Positions 35,447 to 37,689 of a DNA stretch of 37,689 bases are shown piece by piece. The first letter of the stretch is position 1, and the number at the start of each line of letters is the position of its first letter. The position numbers and the translations under genes are program-made. Below the pieces are notes generated by a model that was not told the DNA's origin, did not search any database, and saw only the letters and a program-made list of their open reading frames with translations. The stretch comes from Spirochaetia bacterium. Lineage in GTDB: Bacteria; Spirochaetota; Spirochaetia; DSM-27196; Salinispiraceae. The stretch is from NCBI GenBank assembly GCA_038204425.1, contig JBBRCZ010000019.1:1-37689 (forward strand), read 5' to 3'.

Positions 35447-36389
35447 TATAATAGCGCCTGTTGCTAGAAAGCTTTTAATACGAGAGCTAAGCGCGGACAA
35501 ACAAATTTTGAGCTTCAAAAATCTGCAAATTTTTGCTTTTTCTGGCCAAGAAGCGCCACAAACTCTTCAAGAAATAGGAAGAATTCGCGAGACCGAGTTT
35601 AGAAAAGTTGGAGCAGGGCGCAATCTTGAGGTTGATTTGGATCAACTTGACCGTGGCCCATTTAGTTACAAACACTTGGTAAGTTGGGATCCAGTTAACG
35701 AGGAAATTGTAGCAGCGTATCGGTTTATGATTTGCTCTCAATTGCAAGGCGCTGATAGTCCTGGCTGGCAACGACTGAGAACCGCCAGTCTTTTTGACTT
35801 CTCGCAGCGCTTGGAACAAGAAATTTTGCCGCTTGCGATTGAACTTGGTAGATCGGTCGTTAATTCACTTGCAAAGAGTGCCATTGTTGGATTGTTCTCT
35901 GTTTGGGCAGGGCTTGGAGCGCTTCTAAATGAGTATCACCAAGTTCAATATTTTTTTGGTACTTTTACCGTGTATGACACCTATCCAGATAGTGCGAAAT
36001 CGTTGATAGTCAATTTTTTGGAGCACTATCATCACCATAACTTAGCTGAAGGTAAAAGTAGTAGCTTGCTTGCTGCCAAACTTGGATTGCACTACTCGTC
36101 GTTGCAATTAAACTTGCTGACTGGGACTAACTATGATGCTGATTTTACGCGCCTCTTAGAGCAATTTAAAATTTGGCATTTATACGTACCGCCAATTTTG
36201 CTTTCCTATTTAGGAGCTTGTCGCCAGATGAGCTATTTGGGCGCTGCCGTTGATAGTGACTTTGCTGGAGCTTTAGAATGCGCTATATTGGTGCCAAGCA
36301 AGTACTTGTCCGATAAGACAAAGCAACGATTTGTTGATACTTATACCAGCGCCAACCCCGACAGATTTAGACGCTTGCTTTCAGAATAA
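35439..36389 (+). CDS. GNAT-fold N-acyltransferase (Acetyltransf_5; OlsB/OlsF C-domain/GlsB-like)
   Basis: EIGRIRE.EFR.VGAG..EVDLD, IVAAYR, IELGRS, YFFG, VPP..SY, DSDF. GTG start overlaps the upstream stop. Confidence 0.85.
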   Translation: MIDIIAPVARKLLIRELSADKQILSFKNLQIFAFSGQEAPQTLQEIGRIRETEFRKVGAGRNLEVDLDQLDRGPFSYKHLVSWDPVNEEIVAAYRFMICSQLQGADSPGWQRLRTASLFDFSQRLEQEILPLAIELGRSVVNSLAKSAIVGLFSVWAGLGALLNEYHQVQYFFGTFTVYDTYPDSAKSLIVNFLEHYHHHNLAEGKSSSLLAAKLGLHYSSLQLNLLTGTNYDADFTRLLEQFKIWHLYVPPILLSYLGACRQMSYLGAAVDSDFAGALECAILVPSKYLSDKTKQRFVDTYTSANPDRFRRLLSE

Positions 36390-36693
36390 GGTCCGGGTCT
36401 TCTGACAGGGTTCTCAGTAAAGCTTCCAGCTCCTCAAGGCAGTCTGGGCAACTTTGAATGTGCCTATGAACTTTGGGAAGAATTTGGGCCACATCCTCAC
36501 CTCTAAGCAGCATTTCCGCGTATTGATTCATGAGTTCAAAGGTAGCATCACAATCAATATCATCCTCTTGGGTATCCATTATCATGGAAATCATCATTTG
36601 AGGGCTGGCTTGTCCCGCTATCTTGTGGGTTCTTGAGAATTTGTGCTGCCCTACCAATTGATCAAATAGTTGTTTAATTGTTTTAACTATCAT
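36367..36693 (-). CDS. zf-HC2 (ZAS) anti-sigma factor-like small protein
   Basis: C-x23-HIQSCPDC.EE.EAL, downstream of the ECF sigma factor. Confidence 0.8.
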   Translation of the reverse strand: MIVKTIKQLFDQLVGQHKFSRTHKIAGQASPQMMISMIMDTQEDDIDCDATFELMNQYAEMLLRGEDVAQILPKVHRHIQSCPDCLEELEALLRTLSEDPDLILKASV

Positions 36694-36709
36694 TTCTTTT
36701 TCACTTCCC

Positions 36710-37333
36710 TCACCCTGACTCCGTGAGATCATGCACCGTCAATCCTTGCCTGTCTATTCTCTGTTTTAGCTTAATCCTAGCGTCGTGCAGCAACTTGTAT
36801 AGAGCATTTCTGTTGGTATCTAGTCGTCTTGCGGCTTCTTCTAAGGGTAGGCCTTTGAATGCAACTAAGCCTAGTGCTGTCAGTTGTTTAGGACTGAGAA
36901 CCTCGATCATAATTTTTTTGATCCATGCCATACTCATCTCGTTGTTGACTTTGGTCTCGGGGGCCGGATAGCGAGATTCCCACGCCTCGGGTTTGTCTTC
37001 TTCCATCAGACTGTCCAAGGATACATCCAACCATCTCTTTCGTCGCAGTTCAGTTAGCGCTACACGAATGCATATTTTGTAAGCCCAAGTGATAAACCTA
37101 GACAAGTTGTTAAAGGTGGACAAGTTTTTGAGAATTATCATCAGTGCTTCCTGAGCAAAATCCTCGGCCTGTTGGTCAAATTCTCGGCCCCAGGTGCGCA
37201 CCCAGCCTTTTAACGCCGGCCTTAGGCCGCGAATCAGCAAGACTCTTAAATCGGCGAGGGCGTGATCCTGATTCTTAGTTTGAGATCCAAGCACTTCCAA
37301 CCATTGTTCATTTGATCTCATGTGCAACCTCAT
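36710..37333 (-). CDS. ECF-type RNA polymerase sigma factor
   Basis: AEDFAQEAL, F.TWAYKI.IR.A..ELRR (region 2). LSPKQ...EAARRLDTNRNALYKLLHDAR.KL (region 4). Confidence 0.92.
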   Translation of the reverse strand: MRLHMRSNEQWLEVLGSQTKNQDHALADLRVLLIRGLRPALKGWVRTWGREFDQQAEDFAQEALMIILKNLSTFNNLSRFITWAYKICIRVALTELRRKRWLDVSLDSLMEEDKPEAWESRYPAPETKVNNEMSMAWIKKIMIEVLSPKQLTALGLVAFKGLPLEEAARRLDTNRNALYKLLHDARIKLKQRIDRQGLTVHDLTESG

Positions 37334-37397
37334 TAAGTGCCAATAGCAGAACCAACTAGCTTGGGGTAAAAATCACTGTCAGAGCCTTTAGGATCTT

Positions 37398-37689
37398 GGA
37401 TTCCTCTCAAGAGTCAACTGGGCGTTGCCTCTTGAGAGGTCCCTGTTCTACGGTTCAAATCCGTCTTCTACGTGTAAAAAAAGAACAGGACAAGCCTGTT
37501 CTTTTTCAATTATCGGGGCTGGTCGCAAACCTGGGGTTTGCTGCTCGCCCATGCGGCCTGGCTGGTCGGATTCCTCTCAAGAGTCAACTGGGCGTTGCCT
37601 CTTGAGAGGTCCCTGTTCTACGGTTCAAATCCGTCTTCTACGTGTAAAAAAAGAACAGGACAAGCCTGTTCTTTTTCAATTATCGGGCT
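37398..37689. repeat. 170-bp tandem repeat (1.7 copies, runs off the window), probably tRNA-3'-linked
   Basis: 37398-37567 is repeated at 37568 and is identical through TATCGGG. It contains GGTTCAAATCC, the hairpin CCTCTCAAGAG..CTCTTGAGAGG and a terminator. Confidence 0.92.
37476..37506 (-). terminator. Intrinsic terminator-like hairpin (second copy 37646-37676)
   Basis: AAAAAAAGAACAGG-ACAAG-CCTGTTCTTTTT. Confidence 0.8.

Noticed and set aside
34586..36389. Hemolysin (common legacy annotation for this pair)
   Set aside because: The motifs are those of acyltransferases (HX4D; GNAT fold), with no toxin features.
7066..36971. Many short antisense or overlapping ORFs in the ORF track
   Set aside because: They are shadows of well-supported genes and have no motifs or RBS evidence.
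37451..37463. A tRNA gene within the terminal repeat
   Set aside because: Only a T-loop-like motif is present, and no cloverleaf can be drawn.

Overview
Bacterial chromosomal window, probably a free-living spirochaete (weak inference from protein style). It has four zones. (1) 1-7050 is a decayed mobile-element and integron-cassette field. It holds an IS110 end, IS30 and IS3 remnants, two tyrosine-recombinase fragments, a dead yefM-yoeB pair, AT-rich cassette-like ORFs (one with a HEPN RxxxxH motif), a GC-rich DMT transporter, and three ~430-510 bp repeats spaced ~2.8 kb apart. Each repeat joins an IS91/ISCR-like transposase 3' end and an oriIS-like terminus to an attC-like site. (2) 7056-13900 is housekeeping and signalling: YkgJ-like protein, Uup ABC-F, Gfo/Idh/MocA, flavodoxin, a REC-PP2C protein lacking its catalytic Asp residues, and an orphan ABC ATPase. 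(3) 14059-22717 is a copper/silver efflux island (copZ, OmpR-type RR/HK, cusCBA, a small Cys/Met periplasmic protein). (4) 23740-36389 is a minus-strand operon: TVP38/DedA, DUF547, cysteine dioxygenase, a CSAD-type decarboxylase with the F-x19-S-x-Y motif, an ORF, ynjF, a ynjDBC-type ABC transporter, and a desaturase fused to an LpdA-like protein. It is divergent from an O-/N-acyltransferase pair of the aminolipid (OlsF/GlsAB-like) type, making it a candidate (hypo)taurine synthesis and sulfur-aminolipid locus. The window ends with an ECF sigma/anti-sigma pair and a 170-bp tandem repeat that probably trails a tRNA gene just outside it.
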